Below, one piece after another: positions 24,393-35,155 of a stretch of DNA of 64,000 nt. Within the stretch, counting starts at the first letter, position 1. Each line of letters begins with the position of its first letter. The position numbers and the translations under genes were made by a program. The notes beneath the pieces were generated by a model. It was not told the DNA's origin and searched no databases. It saw only the letters and a list, made by a program, of their open reading frames with translations. The stretch lies in the IMG/VR virus record IMGVR_UViG_3300032562_000003, positions 124,001 through 188,000 of that record, one strand, 5' to 3'.

Positions 24393-24718
24393 TGGCCGCA
24401 TCGACGCAAAATCAAAGATTGTATTCGGCATCGAGTCCGTATTTTAATACAAATATAGTGAATAACAATTATTTGGATGTTCTTGCATATAGACCACTTC
24501 CTATGAATCCTACAGATGTTTATATGCAAATTACAGCAGTGTACGAATATAGACCCGACTTATTAGCGTTTGACTTGTATCAAAATGCAAGCCTTTGGTG
24601 GGTGTTTGCAGTTAGAAATCCTAATTTACTCGGCCCGGACCCGTACTTCAACTTTACGGCAGGTACTGGGATCTATGTACCAACATTGTCTACTCTAAAG
24701 ACGGTACTGGGAATCTAA
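24392..24718 (+). CDS. gp53: baseplate wedge protein (gp53/LysM-like)
   Basis: YRPDLLAFDLYQNASLWWVFAVRN; TAATG coupling to the upstream gene. Confidence 0.75.
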   Translation: MAASTQNQRLYSASSPYFNTNIVNNNYLDVLAYRPLPMNPTDVYMQITAVYEYRPDLLAFDLYQNASLWWVFAVRNPNLLGPDPYFNFTAGTGIYVPTLSTLKTVLGI

Positions 24719-24719
24719 T

Positions 24720-27383
24720 ATGGTCGATAGTGTGACAACTACTATTAATGGGTATACTGTTATCGCTCAATATAATCCTGAGTATCAAAGGGTTTCCTAT
24801 GTTATTAATAATCCAAACGGGTCTCTTTTATTAAGTGCAGGGAATGCGCAAGCGGCCATGTCGGGCGTGAGGAGTTTGGCGAATGAAGCAATAGATGCCG
24901 GTAATAGTGCATTGGCTTCTAGTCTATCAGCATTGAATATGAATCTTGTTATGCAATCCCCCTCAATAGACGCACAGGCCATGGCTCAATATAAACCTAC
25001 ACCACCAGAACCTACGCCTACAGATAACTCCGCCGCACTAACCCCAACAGCGACAAATGATAAACCTCTTCCTCCGATATCAGATGATGATAGCGGTAAC
25101 ACGCAGTCAAATCCTGCAGGATCATCTGGTGCACCTCCTTCGTCACCGGCAAATCCGTCCGGATCAGTAACAAATCCAACTCCCGCAAGCGTGTCTGCTG
25201 CGGCAGCAGCAGCGCCGACGCCACCCAACGGAGACCTACCTGGAAAACGCCTGTACAATCCATTAAGTCAGCTTTCTAGTTATACATATCAATTAAGTTT
25301 ATATATGATAACACCTGATGCATACAGTGCATTTTTAGCGAGCGGAAAACAAAGTATAAATGTGATTCCTCAGTCACTGGCGAACAGCCCTTCTATAAAC
25401 ACCGCCGCGCAAACAAATACATTTATAAATTCCAATACGGGTCAACCGATAATCGGCGGCGCCTACCTAATAGCACAGAGCGGGGGAAGCGGTAATCCTG
25501 CCAATCGCGCCCCCGGAATTGATTTTGATTATGGTATTGACAATCTATCCTTTGATCATGTAGTGTCTACTAATGGGTCTGGCGCCGCCGCGGTAAACTC
25601 TGATATAAAATTTACTATTACAGAACCATATGGTTTCTCGCTTATTGATAAAATAAAAACAGCACAAACTGTTATAAACAACTACAGTTCGGCCATTAAT
25701 ATACCTGACAATCCGACAAAAAGTCTTTTTATTTTGGGTATTAGATTTTTTGGATATCTACCAGATGGAACACTAGCAACTGGCAAAGAAATATTTAATG
25801 GTATTCCACTAGATCCTAATGCTGGCGGCGTCGGCGCCCTTTTTGAAACTTATTATGATATTAATATAAACACATTCGGGTTTAAGCTTGGTGCAGGCAC
25901 CACTACGTATGACATAGAAGCAACTTACCTAGCAAGCTCTACCGGATTCGGTACAAAATACGGATACCTAAACGGTAGTCCCAATTTTACATGTAAAGGT
26001 TCGACCGTTGGTGAAGTTTTGAGCGACCTTGCTAGTCAGTTGAACGCAAAACAGCAACAACTAACTAATACCAGTAATGGTCAAAAACCATCACAACAAT
26101 ATCCTATAGCCTACACATTTGAATATCAAGGTAACGCAGCAACCACTGTTGCGAATGCTTCTATGATTAATCCAGCCGATAATAACAAAGCAAAAGCAGC
26201 GATGTCTGGTGCAACAAATAGCGCACAATCTAATCCTAAGGCTGAGGTTACCGGAGTTTACAATCCCAACATAAAGACTATTACTTTTGCTTCCCAGCCT
26301 ATTTTACAGTGCATAGACCAAACAATAACATCCAGTACTTATGTAACAGACGCATTGTCTTCTAATACGACCAACTCAACTAACGGGGATAATACAGTTA
26401 TACCAAACCCTAACCCTACTTATCCGGTTTGGTATAACTGTAGTGTCCGGGTAGAAAATCCTAGATGGGATAATATTATTCATGATTGGATATTTGATAT
26501 AGTATATGTTATCCGGGAATATCAAACACCTCTCGTTAACAGTCCAGCTATTAGTACAACTCAACCATATTATGGTCCTTATAAAAGATATCAGTATTGG
26601 TATACAGGAAAAAATTCAGAGATTACAGAATATTCACATACTATTAATAATGGATATTTTTTGGCTGCACTAAATCAACCTGGCCCAGACCCTTTAAAGG
26701 GTGCACCTAATACTGCTACTACTGCTCCCGCGCAAAGCACGCCCCAATCCAGCACCAACACTCAAGGTAACGGAGCAGAAGCAGTAGCTAGCTACAAAGA
26801 CAGTTTATACAATCCAGTAGCCTATTCAGACGTTCACGTATCTGTTTTGGGTGATCCAGATTTCCTAATACAAGATACGGCTAATCAAGACAATCATTTT
26901 AATACACACTATTCTCCGAATGGATATAGTATTGCACCCAATGGTGGTCAGGTGTTTGTTGAAATAAATTTCAATGAAGCGATAGATTATGATACTACTA
27001 GTAACGGGACTGGACTAATGAATCTAAATGACAAAGTATATTTTCAAACATATCCGAATTCGGTGAATATTCTCAAAGATGCTAACGGAAATCCTTTAGT
27101 TCAAGGGGTTAGTTACCAAGTAAACACAGTAAAAAATACTTTTTCTGGCGGAAAATTTACTCAATCATTTGAGATGACAGTGAATCCGTTCAACGGGGTT
27201 CCAGTAGATTCTAACGCAGCGTCATCTGCATCACAGTCTTCAAATCCAGGTCCATCACCGACTAATGCGAGCAAACAAGCGCCTACTACTGGATTAAAGC
27301 CTGCTCCGCAAACTGATGCCCAAAACGGCACAGTAAGCCAACCTCAACCAGCACAACAAAAACCAGCCGAAGCTACAACTTAA
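24720..27383 (+). CDS. baseplate hub protein (gp27 / P2 gpD-like)
   Basis: Located between gp53-like and gp5-like genes; VLGDPDFL and VKNTFSGGKFTQ motifs. Confidence 0.6.
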   Translation: MVDSVTTTINGYTVIAQYNPEYQRVSYVINNPNGSLLLSAGNAQAAMSGVRSLANEAIDAGNSALASSLSALNMNLVMQSPSIDAQAMAQYKPTPPEPTPTDNSAALTPTATNDKPLPPISDDDSGNTQSNPAGSSGAPPSSPANPSGSVTNPTPASVSAAAAAAPTPPNGDLPGKRLYNPLSQLSSYTYQLSLYMITPDAYSAFLASGKQSINVIPQSLANSPSINTAAQTNTFINSNTGQPIIGGAYLIAQSGGSGNPANRAPGIDFDYGIDNLSFDHVVSTNGSGAAAVNSDIKFTITEPYGFSLIDKIKTAQTVINNYSSAINIPDNPTKSLFILGIRFFGYLPDGTLATGKEIFNGIPLDPNAGGVGALFETYYDININTFGFKLGAGTTTYDIEATYLASSTGFGTKYGYLNGSPNFTCKGSTVGEVLSDLASQLNAKQQQLTNTSNGQKPSQQYPIAYTFEYQGNAATTVANASMINPADNNKAKAAMSGATNSAQSNPKAEVTGVYNPNIKTITFASQPILQCIDQTITSSTYVTDALSSNTTNSTNGDNTVIPNPNPTYPVWYNCSVRVENPRWDNIIHDWIFDIVYVIREYQTPLVNSPAISTTQPYYGPYKRYQYWYTGKNSEITEYSHTINNGYFLAALNQPGPDPLKGAPNTATTAPAQSTPQSSTNTQGNGAEAVASYKDSLYNPVAYSDVHVSVLGDPDFLIQDTANQDNHFNTHYSPNGYSIAPNGGQVFVEINFNEAIDYDTTSNGTGLMNLNDKVYFQTYPNSVNILKDANGNPLVQGVSYQVNTVKNTFSGGKFTQSFEMTVNPFNGVPVDSNAASSASQSSNPGPSPTNASKQAPTTGLKPAPQTDAQNGTVSQPQPAQQKPAEATT

Positions 27384-27398
27384 TAACGAGAAACCAGT

Positions 27399-30300
27399 AT
27401 GCCAATTGATACATTTAAACCAAGAGGTCAGATAGCAGCAGACAAACCTGGTAAAGGTGGGTCTGGTGTACAAACTGTACCACTAATAGGCGTAGTTAGA
27501 GATAATGTTGACCCGACACGATCTGGTCGTATTAGAGTATCTTTGGTACAACCTAACAGCTCCAGCAAACCAGAAGACTCTACAAATTGGATTACTGTAA
27601 GCTATCTAAGTAGCTTTTTTGGTAAGGTGCAAGCAACTGCGAATAGTGACGGTTACGGTACTTACAAATCTAATTCTAGCTCATACGGACAATGGCAAGC
27701 TCCGCCTGACATCGGTACTCAGGTAATCTGCATATTTGTTAATGGTGATAAAAACTACGGGTACTACATCGGTGCTATTCCGGAAGCAGAATCATTACAG
27801 ATGGTTCCTGCAATCGGATCATCAGATAATATTCTCACTAACGAGGGTGAAGCAAACAGTTATGGAGGCGCAACTCGTCTTCCTGTAACTAATATGAACA
27901 CTAACGACAAGAAGAAGTCAGATAGTGCAGAATTTTTAAATACTGCCCGGCCGGTTCACAGCTATACCGCAGCAATCATGAATCAACAGGGTATAATTCG
28001 TGACCCTATTCGCGGACCTATATCATCCTCTGCATCACGCGAGACTGTATCTCGTGTTGGTTGGGGAGTATCTACTCCGGGCAGACCCATATATACAGGT
28101 GGATACGATGATACTACACTACCTGCATCATTGCAACAAGATAATCCGCAAGGACTTCAGGTTGTAGCACGCAGAGGCGGCCACTCAATTGTTATGGACG
28201 ACGGCGACATTATCGGCCGCGACCAGCTAGTTCGAATTCGAACAGCTTTGGGTCATCAGATTCTTATGAGCGACGACGGTCAGACATTAATGATTCTGCA
28301 CTCTAATGGTCAATCGTATATTGAATTAGGAAAAGAGGGTACCATTGACATGTACTCAACCAATTCAGTGAACATTCGAACACAAGGTGACCTGAACTTA
28401 CATGCGGATCGTGACGTTAACATTCATGCAATGGAAAATTTAAATATCCAAGCAAAACAAATTCATACCAATTCTGAAGACGACACTATGATGCGTTCGG
28501 GCGGCGACTTTAAAACTTCTGCGACCGGTGACATAACTGGATTAGCAGCCGGCGCCATTGCATTTGCTGCGGGCGGCGACGCTTCGTTAGCAGCATCAGG
28601 TCAGGCATACGTTAACGGCACCAAAGTAAACCTTAATTCAGGAAAATCAAGCACGACACCTGAGGCAGTGGACAATATTCCACTAAATGCACAAACTGAC
28701 ACCTTATACGATGAAGAAAAAGGATTCCTTGCTGCACCCGGTAAACTACTTACGATTGCCTCAAGGGCACCAGCACATGCGCCATGGGCTAATGCAGGTC
28801 AAGGTGTAGATGTGAAAACCAGCCTTAGCGCTTCAGATAATCTTCCCGCAGCACCAACTCCGGCTGCAACAGCCGCAAGCTCTGCTGGCGCAGCGACCGG
28901 CGCCACGCCTCCTGCGGTAGCAACAGTAGCGTCAGCGCCTACAAACGCACCTAACATCTCAACTGCACTGGATAAAGGTACTACCAATGCAATGCTTGGT
29001 GCAACAGCTACAGCAGCAGCTACCGGGCCGCTAGCAGCAGCGACAAAGCAGGGCGCTGCCGTTGTAGAAACTGCAACCGGAAAAGTAGGAGCAATTGGTT
29101 CATTTGCACTCACGCCTTCGTCATTGGCTAGTGCTGGTGTACTTAAACCCGGAGCAGATACCCTTGTAAATGGGCTAGTTAAGAACGGTGTTGATTTGAC
29201 GAATGCGATGCCGTCTTCTCTCTTTACTGGTGCACCTGGAGCAAAAGATTTAACAAACCTAACCCAAAATATTACTGCACAAACAAATACCGTAATTACC
29301 AACATGCAAAAGTCACAAACTGCATTAGGAGCAGCCGGCGTTCTAACCGGAGCAGAATCTCCGGCAACGGTTGCTGGTTTAGTCCAGTCCGCGACAACGA
29401 ACGGAGTAGAGGCCACAACTGATGCTGTAAAACAAGTGAGCGGTGTAGCAGGCGCAGCATTGGGCAACATTACGGGAGCACTACAGTCTATTGGATCTGG
29501 TATAGCAGCAGCAGGTTTGGCTACTTCCTTAGGTGGATTGGGCGGCATTTCAAATGCATTAACTGCGATGGGTAAAATTCCATCCTTGGCTGGTTTAATA
29601 GACCAAGCTAAAGGTATTGCAGGTTCAGCGTTCGATGCGATCAAGAATTCATTTAAACCTCTTAAACCAAATGTCCCACAGAATCTCACACAAATTGCAA
29701 AAGATAATGCTGCTACTGCTGCTGGATTGTCAGAGCAAACTGGTCAACTAAGCACTACGGTAAGTTCGGATGCCTCTAGCATCTTTGGCTCAAACGGTAT
29801 TAGTGCAAACTTTACTACGTTGACTGGATCGCTTGCAGGCGCGGCCGGCGCACTAACGTCATTGACTAAAATTGCAGGTTCAGTCAACGGAGCAGTAGGC
29901 TCTATCAACAATTCAGTGGGCGGAATAACTGGTTCTATCGCGGCCGTATCTACTCTCGCAAGCAAAGCCACAAATATCGTTAACGCTGCAACTAGTTCAT
30001 ATGGTTCTGTCACAACTACTATCGGCGGCGTAACCGGTGTATCTAGTACGACGGCTACAGTTACACTATCTTCAGTTACTAGCAATCCTCTTAATCCTAC
30101 TTCAAGCGGAGTGCAAACGGCCGTAAACTCAGTAAGCGCAATTGCGGGCGCCGGAGCAACTATAGCTAGCGGAGGCATAGGCGGACTATCTACAGCAGCC
30201 TCGATTGTTCAGCAAGGTTCAGCAGCATCGACCTCATCTACTATAGCTAGCGGGTTAAGCAATTTACCTGGAGGAATAAGTGCAGTGTCATCGGTATTCA

Positions 30301-31190
30301 ATAATGCTAAAAATGCAGTAAATGCAATTCCGGGTGTAGGACAGTTGACTGGTGCAATCAATGCTGCTACGGCAAGTGTGATGGGAGGATTAAATCTTTC
30401 TCCTATTAGTTTACCTAATAGTCTAAACAGTTTAACCAGCTTAGCATCTTCAGGGCTATCAGTTGGTGCAGCAGCGGACCTACAATCGGCAATCGCTGCG
30501 TTGTCGTCAGGACCAAGCGGCATCAAGTTGCCTGTTATAGGTTTCAACACCACAGACAGAACAAGTATAACCTCACAAATTACTAACGTATTAGGTGATC
30601 CTGGCATACCGATGCCAAATTTAGTTGGTGGAATTCCTAGTAGTGCAGTAAATGACGCACAGTCACTCGTTGATCAAGGAAATAAGTTATATGACGTAAT
30701 TGATCAATTGGATGCGTACAATAAAAAAGCAGAGGCTGCGAGAAAGGCATACGAGTCTGCTCGACAAACCCTTCCGGCCGGCGATCCACAATTAGCGGTT
30801 CTGCTTGCTCAGTGGAATAGTGTAATTAATGATCCAACATATTTGGCGTTGCTACAAGAGGGTGATGGAACAGCAGCAGCGGTGTCTGACCAAACAAGCA
30901 ACACCGCTTCTGCACCTACTGGTCTTCCTAACCCACCTTCTACTATCAACACAGGAATTCCTCTTTCTACTGCAGGACTGAAAAGCACAGTTCAGGGCAT
31001 AGTATCTACAATTACAGGGGCTGGCACGTCATTAATTAATCTAGCACAAACAACACCTGTAACAGTATCTACTACTCCTATAACTCAAACAGCTACCGCA
31101 ATCAAAGCATTGCAACTCTCGACTGCAAATAACATTGCGTCTCTGAACAATTCACTTGATGGTATTACGGGACCAACAAATAATGCATAA
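27399..31190 (+). CDS. gp5: baseplate central spike (gp5/VgrG-like) with a long low-complexity C-terminal extension
   Basis: GVVRDNVDPTRSGRIRV OB-fold, PPDIGTQVICIF, GHSIVMDD, RIRTALGHQILM beta-helix repeats. Confidence 0.8.
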   Translation: MPIDTFKPRGQIAADKPGKGGSGVQTVPLIGVVRDNVDPTRSGRIRVSLVQPNSSSKPEDSTNWITVSYLSSFFGKVQATANSDGYGTYKSNSSSYGQWQAPPDIGTQVICIFVNGDKNYGYYIGAIPEAESLQMVPAIGSSDNILTNEGEANSYGGATRLPVTNMNTNDKKKSDSAEFLNTARPVHSYTAAIMNQQGIIRDPIRGPISSSASRETVSRVGWGVSTPGRPIYTGGYDDTTLPASLQQDNPQGLQVVARRGGHSIVMDDGDIIGRDQLVRIRTALGHQILMSDDGQTLMILHSNGQSYIELGKEGTIDMYSTNSVNIRTQGDLNLHADRDVNIHAMENLNIQAKQIHTNSEDDTMMRSGGDFKTSATGDITGLAAGAIAFAAGGDASLAASGQAYVNGTKVNLNSGKSSTTPEAVDNIPLNAQTDTLYDEEKGFLAAPGKLLTIASRAPAHAPWANAGQGVDVKTSLSASDNLPAAPTPAATAASSAGAATGATPPAVATVASAPTNAPNISTALDKGTTNAMLGATATAAATGPLAAATKQGAAVVETATGKVGAIGSFALTPSSLASAGVLKPGADTLVNGLVKNGVDLTNAMPSSLFTGAPGAKDLTNLTQNITAQTNTVITNMQKSQTALGAAGVLTGAESPATVAGLVQSATTNGVEATTDAVKQVSGVAGAALGNITGALQSIGSGIAAAGLATSLGGLGGISNALTAMGKIPSLAGLIDQAKGIAGSAFDAIKNSFKPLKPNVPQNLTQIAKDNAATAAGLSEQTGQLSTTVSSDASSIFGSNGISANFTTLTGSLAGAAGALTSLTKIAGSVNGAVGSINNSVGGITGSIAAVSTLASKATNIVNAATSSYGSVTTTIGGVTGVSSTTATVTLSSVTSNPLNPTSSGVQTAVNSVSAIAGAGATIASGGIGGLSTAASIVQQGSAASTSSTIASGLSNLPGGISAVSSVFNNAKNAVNAIPGVGQLTGAINAATASVMGGLNLSPISLPNSLNSLTSLASSGLSVGAAADLQSAIAALSSGPSGIKLPVIGFNTTDRTSITSQITNVLGDPGIPMPNLVGGIPSSAVNDAQSLVDQGNKLYDVIDQLDAYNKKAEAARKAYESARQTLPAGDPQLAVLLAQWNSVINDPTYLALLQEGDGTAAAVSDQTSNTASAPTGLPNPPSTINTGIPLSTAGLKSTVQGIVSTITGAGTSLINLAQTTPVTVSTTPITQTATAIKALQLSTANNIASLNNSLDGITGPTNNA

Positions 31191-31210
31191 TACAGGGGCT
31201 AAATAGAAGT

Positions 31211-31660
31211 ATGGCACAGTATATTGGATTTAGCACGATTGATGCATGTCTACCAAAGACCACAAATGTCCTAAATGGGCCTGATGGTGGTCCTGGCGGA
31301 ACAGTAACTTCTTTAGTAATCGGCAAGAAGTTCCGTATGGTAGATGTTCAATTAGTTATAAGAGATTTCATAAATGCACTAAACATACCGTACGGTCAAA
31401 AAGTAGGACAGCCACAGTACGGTACCTTTCTCTGGGATTTTGTTTTTGAACCTAACACGACGGACACACAAGTTCAATTGCAAAACGAAATCAGACGTAT
31501 AGCATCATTGGATCCAAGACTTTCCTTAGGGTATGTCAACGTATACCCGCAATTAAATGGTATTCTAGTAGAAGTTGAAATTGCAGTCGTGCCGTTCAAT
31601 CAGCCGTCGGTGTTGAACGTATTCTTTAATACACAGACAGGTATAGCTGCCATACAATAA
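31211..31660 (+). CDS. gp25: baseplate wedge protein (gp25-like)
   Basis: IRDFINALNIPYGQKVGQPQYGTFLWDFVFEP...IASLDPRL. Confidence 0.85.
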   Translation: MAQYIGFSTIDACLPKTTNVLNGPDGGPGGTVTSLVIGKKFRMVDVQLVIRDFINALNIPYGQKVGQPQYGTFLWDFVFEPNTTDTQVQLQNEIRRIASLDPRLSLGYVNVYPQLNGILVEVEIAVVPFNQPSVLNVFFNTQTGIAAIQ

Positions 31661-31714
31661 CAAATCCACCTTTTTGGTAATGATAAATATATCTATATCA
31701 AAAAGAGTGTACAC

Positions 31715-34700
31715 ATGGCAACAAGTTCAAGACAGTCAGCGTTATTTGGATTAAATGATTGGAAAACCATTTATCAAACCTTCCAACAAGCGGACTTTCG
31801 CAGTTACGACTATGAAACTCTGCGCAAAAGTTTCATTGACTACTTGCAACTATACTACCCTGAAACGTTCAATGATTATACTGAATCGTCTGAATATATT
31901 GCATTACTCGATGTTATCGCGTTTATGGGACAAGGGCTTGCTTTCCGTGATGATCTAAACACTCGTGAAAACTTCATTGATACTGCCGAGCGCCGCGACT
32001 CTGTTATTAAACTAGCTAACCTAGTAAGCTACACACCAAAGCGCAACATTGCAGGTCAGGGTTGGCTGAAAGTCTCAAGTCTTTCTACTACACAAAACAT
32101 TACCGACATTAATGGAACAAATCTAAGTAATATTCCTATACTATGGAATGACCCAGCTAATCCGAATTGGTTGGAACAGATGAATACAATCTGGAACGCC
32201 GCACTTGTTTCAACACAACGTATCGGTAAGCCAGGTAATATTGCAGACTTGCTAGGAGTTACTACGAGTGAGTACGCTATTCAAATTCCTCCTACTGTTC
32301 TACCGATCGTACCATTCACGTCAACTATTGACGGTGTAACTATGAATTTTGAACTATGCAGTGTCACTTCGTTAAATGAGGATTACATATATGAGATTCC
32401 ACCTGCACCGTCCGGCAAATTCAATATGGTATATCGAAATGATACACTGGGCTTCGGATCACCTGCAACTGGATTTTTCTTCTATTTCAAGCAAGGCACG
32501 CTACAGAACTATGACTTCACTTTGCAGCAGCAGATTTCAAATCAAATAATTCCAATTGGCGCAATTCAAGGGGTCAATAATACCGACACTTGGTTGTACC
32601 AAATTAATTCTGATGGAACTACAACACCATGGATTCAAGTGGAAAACATCTATGCTGATGCATATCTACAAACGACTACATCAAACAAAACAATCTTTTC
32701 TGTGAACTCCGGCTTCAACGATCAAGTATCCTACATTTTCGGTGACGGCGTATTTTCTAAGATTCCAGTAGGAACGTATAGATCATATGTTCGTGCAGGT
32801 AATGCGCTGACCTACACAATCTCTCCTAGTGAAATGAATGGTATTTCGGTTTCGTTCACGTATATTGACAGTACAGGGAAGGCACAAACACTGACTATAG
32901 GGTTGACGCTTCCTCAGACGGTTTCTACTGCACAGGCTCGTGAGTCACTGGCTGACATTAAGCAACGTGCACCAACTCGTTACTATACACAAAATAGAAT
33001 GGTTAATGGTGAAGATTATAATAACTTCCCATATACGCTTTACAGTTCTATAATTAAATCAAAATCTATTAATAGAGCATCTGTTGGTGTATCTAAAAAT
33101 CTAGATTTACTCGATCCTACTGGAAAGTATTCAAGTACCAATTCATTTGGTAGTGACGGTGGACTATATCAAACTACAGTGGACGGTGTACTGACGTTAA
33201 CGATCAATAGTACGAATGATATTATTGCGTTCTTTAGTGACACACTATCTTCGGTATTATCACTAAACAGAGCTAACCAGTATTATATTCAAAATTATAC
33301 TAGATATCCAGTAGTAGCTCCTACTCCAACTAGTGATAACTTAGTTTACTGGAATACAAGTTCAGTCGATTCTGGATCGGAAACTGGATACTTTTATACC
33401 AAAGCCGGTAGCCAACTTAATCCTATATCCATTGGTACTTATGGAAGCACTAATGGAATCATGTACATTACTACTGGCGCTATATGTAAATTCCAAGCGC
33501 CGACTGGTTATTATTTTGACATTAATAATCGTTTGGTTGCAGGTATACCGGGCGCGACAGACTCGACTTATATTTGGTCTACTGTACTAAATGTAGTAGG
33601 CGATGGGTCAAATAACGGTGCTGGCACGTTTGCAAACGGAGTTGGTCCGGTTAGCATTAATGGTTATGTACCAGACGGCGTTACCGTCAGTGAAGTGATC
33701 CCGGTATTTGGTAATGCACTGTCCACAGCAATCATTCAAGAATGTATATTTAAAATGGAGTTGCAGCAAGATTTTACTCTGGTGTTTAACAACGCTCTAC
33801 AGATAAATCAAGATCGTTGGTCAGTAAGCACTGCCGGCGATCCAAATTATTTCGTAAAATTCACCAGTCAAGGTGGCAATAGATACATAGTTACATACAA
33901 ATCATTAACATACTATTTTGGTTCAGTTGCAGATACTAGATTTACTTTCTCAAAAGACGGAATCGTGTATGACCCTTATTCAGGTAAACTTATACAAGAC
34001 TTTGTAAACGTGCTGTCAGTAAACAGTCAATTTAACTCTACTACCGCATTGGGTAGAGACTACAAAATAAACATTGTGGGACAAACGACTCAAACTGACG
34101 GTTATGTAAACGATTTCCAAATAGAAGTTGCTGCAACTGACGTTAACAACAAACAATTAATATTAAATCCAGACTTCTTTAATGAAATTACTGGATATGT
34201 TAACGGATCTTCAAACACTGGTGTGTACGCTTTCTTTGAAACGGTACAAGATCCAATCAATCTAACAAGACAATATCTTATACCATCAAGTTCTGTAGTA
34301 TACCAGTATCCAACAGTTACTAACATCGAAGTAGTAAAGTACGATTATCCTTTAGGTCAACTATTTTATGCGTATTCAGAAGGTAACTTTTATACTAGTG
34401 TTCAAGATCAAACAGTGACCACACCCTCATATATTTTGGTTGTTCAGAACCAATATTCTGTGTTGTTTGGTAGACAAGGGCTGTCCTTCCAATATAGACA
34501 CAACTCAAATGATACCAATCGTATAGATCCTATCACGACCAATATTATTGATTTGTACGTCGTTCCTCAGGCATACTATACTGCATATACCAATTGGATT
34601 ACTGATACCACAAATACTGTTCCTGAACCCACAGTACCTACTATAACTGAACTTACCCAAGAATACGGTAAAGTTCAAGATTATAAAATGCTATCGGATT

Positions 34701-35092
34701 CTGTGATTGTAAATAGTGTTGTCTTTAAACCGCTCTTCGGTCCTAAAGCAGATGAGAACTTACGTGGAACAATTAAGGTTATTAAAACAAGTAATACCAA
34801 TGCAAGTGACAGTGAAATTAGAAGTGCTGTACTAGCTGCTATGAATAATTACTTTAGCATCAATAATTGGAATTTCGGAGATACTTTCTATTTCTCAGAA
34901 TTAAGTGCGTATCTTCATGCGCAATGCGGAGATTTAATTAGTTCTGCGGTACTCGTATCTAATGACCCAACACAACCGTTCGGCACACTGTATGAAATCA
35001 AGTGTCTACCGTATGAAATCTTCGTATCCGCCGCCACCGCAAATGACGTACTAGTAGTTCCGGCCCTCACACCCGCCGAATTACAGTATTGA
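31715..35092 (+). CDS. gp6: baseplate wedge protein (gp6-like)
   Basis: DFRSYDYETLR, ALLDVIAFMGQ, ENFIDTAERRDSVIKLA, FGDGVF, QNRMVNGEDY. Confidence 0.85.
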   Translation: MATSSRQSALFGLNDWKTIYQTFQQADFRSYDYETLRKSFIDYLQLYYPETFNDYTESSEYIALLDVIAFMGQGLAFRDDLNTRENFIDTAERRDSVIKLANLVSYTPKRNIAGQGWLKVSSLSTTQNITDINGTNLSNIPILWNDPANPNWLEQMNTIWNAALVSTQRIGKPGNIADLLGVTTSEYAIQIPPTVLPIVPFTSTIDGVTMNFELCSVTSLNEDYIYEIPPAPSGKFNMVYRNDTLGFGSPATGFFFYFKQGTLQNYDFTLQQQISNQIIPIGAIQGVNNTDTWLYQINSDGTTTPWIQVENIYADAYLQTTTSNKTIFSVNSGFNDQVSYIFGDGVFSKIPVGTYRSYVRAGNALTYTISPSEMNGISVSFTYIDSTGKAQTLTIGLTLPQTVSTAQARESLADIKQRAPTRYYTQNRMVNGEDYNNFPYTLYSSIIKSKSINRASVGVSKNLDLLDPTGKYSSTNSFGSDGGLYQTTVDGVLTLTINSTNDIIAFFSDTLSSVLSLNRANQYYIQNYTRYPVVAPTPTSDNLVYWNTSSVDSGSETGYFYTKAGSQLNPISIGTYGSTNGIMYITTGAICKFQAPTGYYFDINNRLVAGIPGATDSTYIWSTVLNVVGDGSNNGAGTFANGVGPVSINGYVPDGVTVSEVIPVFGNALSTAIIQECIFKMELQQDFTLVFNNALQINQDRWSVSTAGDPNYFVKFTSQGGNRYIVTYKSLTYYFGSVADTRFTFSKDGIVYDPYSGKLIQDFVNVLSVNSQFNSTTALGRDYKINIVGQTTQTDGYVNDFQIEVAATDVNNKQLILNPDFFNEITGYVNGSSNTGVYAFFETVQDPINLTRQYLIPSSSVVYQYPTVTNIEVVKYDYPLGQLFYAYSEGNFYTSVQDQTVTTPSYILVVQNQYSVLFGRQGLSFQYRHNSNDTNRIDPITTNIIDLYVVPQAYYTAYTNWITDTTNTVPEPTVPTITELTQEYGKVQDYKMLSDSVIVNSVVFKPLFGPKADENLRGTIKVIKTSNTNASDSEIRSAVLAAMNNYFSINNWNFGDTFYFSELSAYLHAQCGDLISSAVLVSNDPTQPFGTLYEIKCLPYEIFVSAATANDVLVVPALTPAELQY

Positions 35093-35155
35093 TAAATACA
35101 CTTGACTAGCAGTAGTCTGCTATGTGCAGTAAAAACAAAGTAGAGAACCATTATA

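Noticed and set aside
28799-30607. Minus-strand ORFs of 296, 144 and 132 aa opposite the gp5 extension
   Set aside because: Antisense shadows of a low-complexity Ala/Thr/Gly region.
35104-35122. Small alternative hairpins (TAGCAG/CTGCTA, GACTA/TAGTC) in the leader of the giant gene
   Set aside because: Stems of 5-6 bp in a single copy, within chance expectation, and not covering the RBS.
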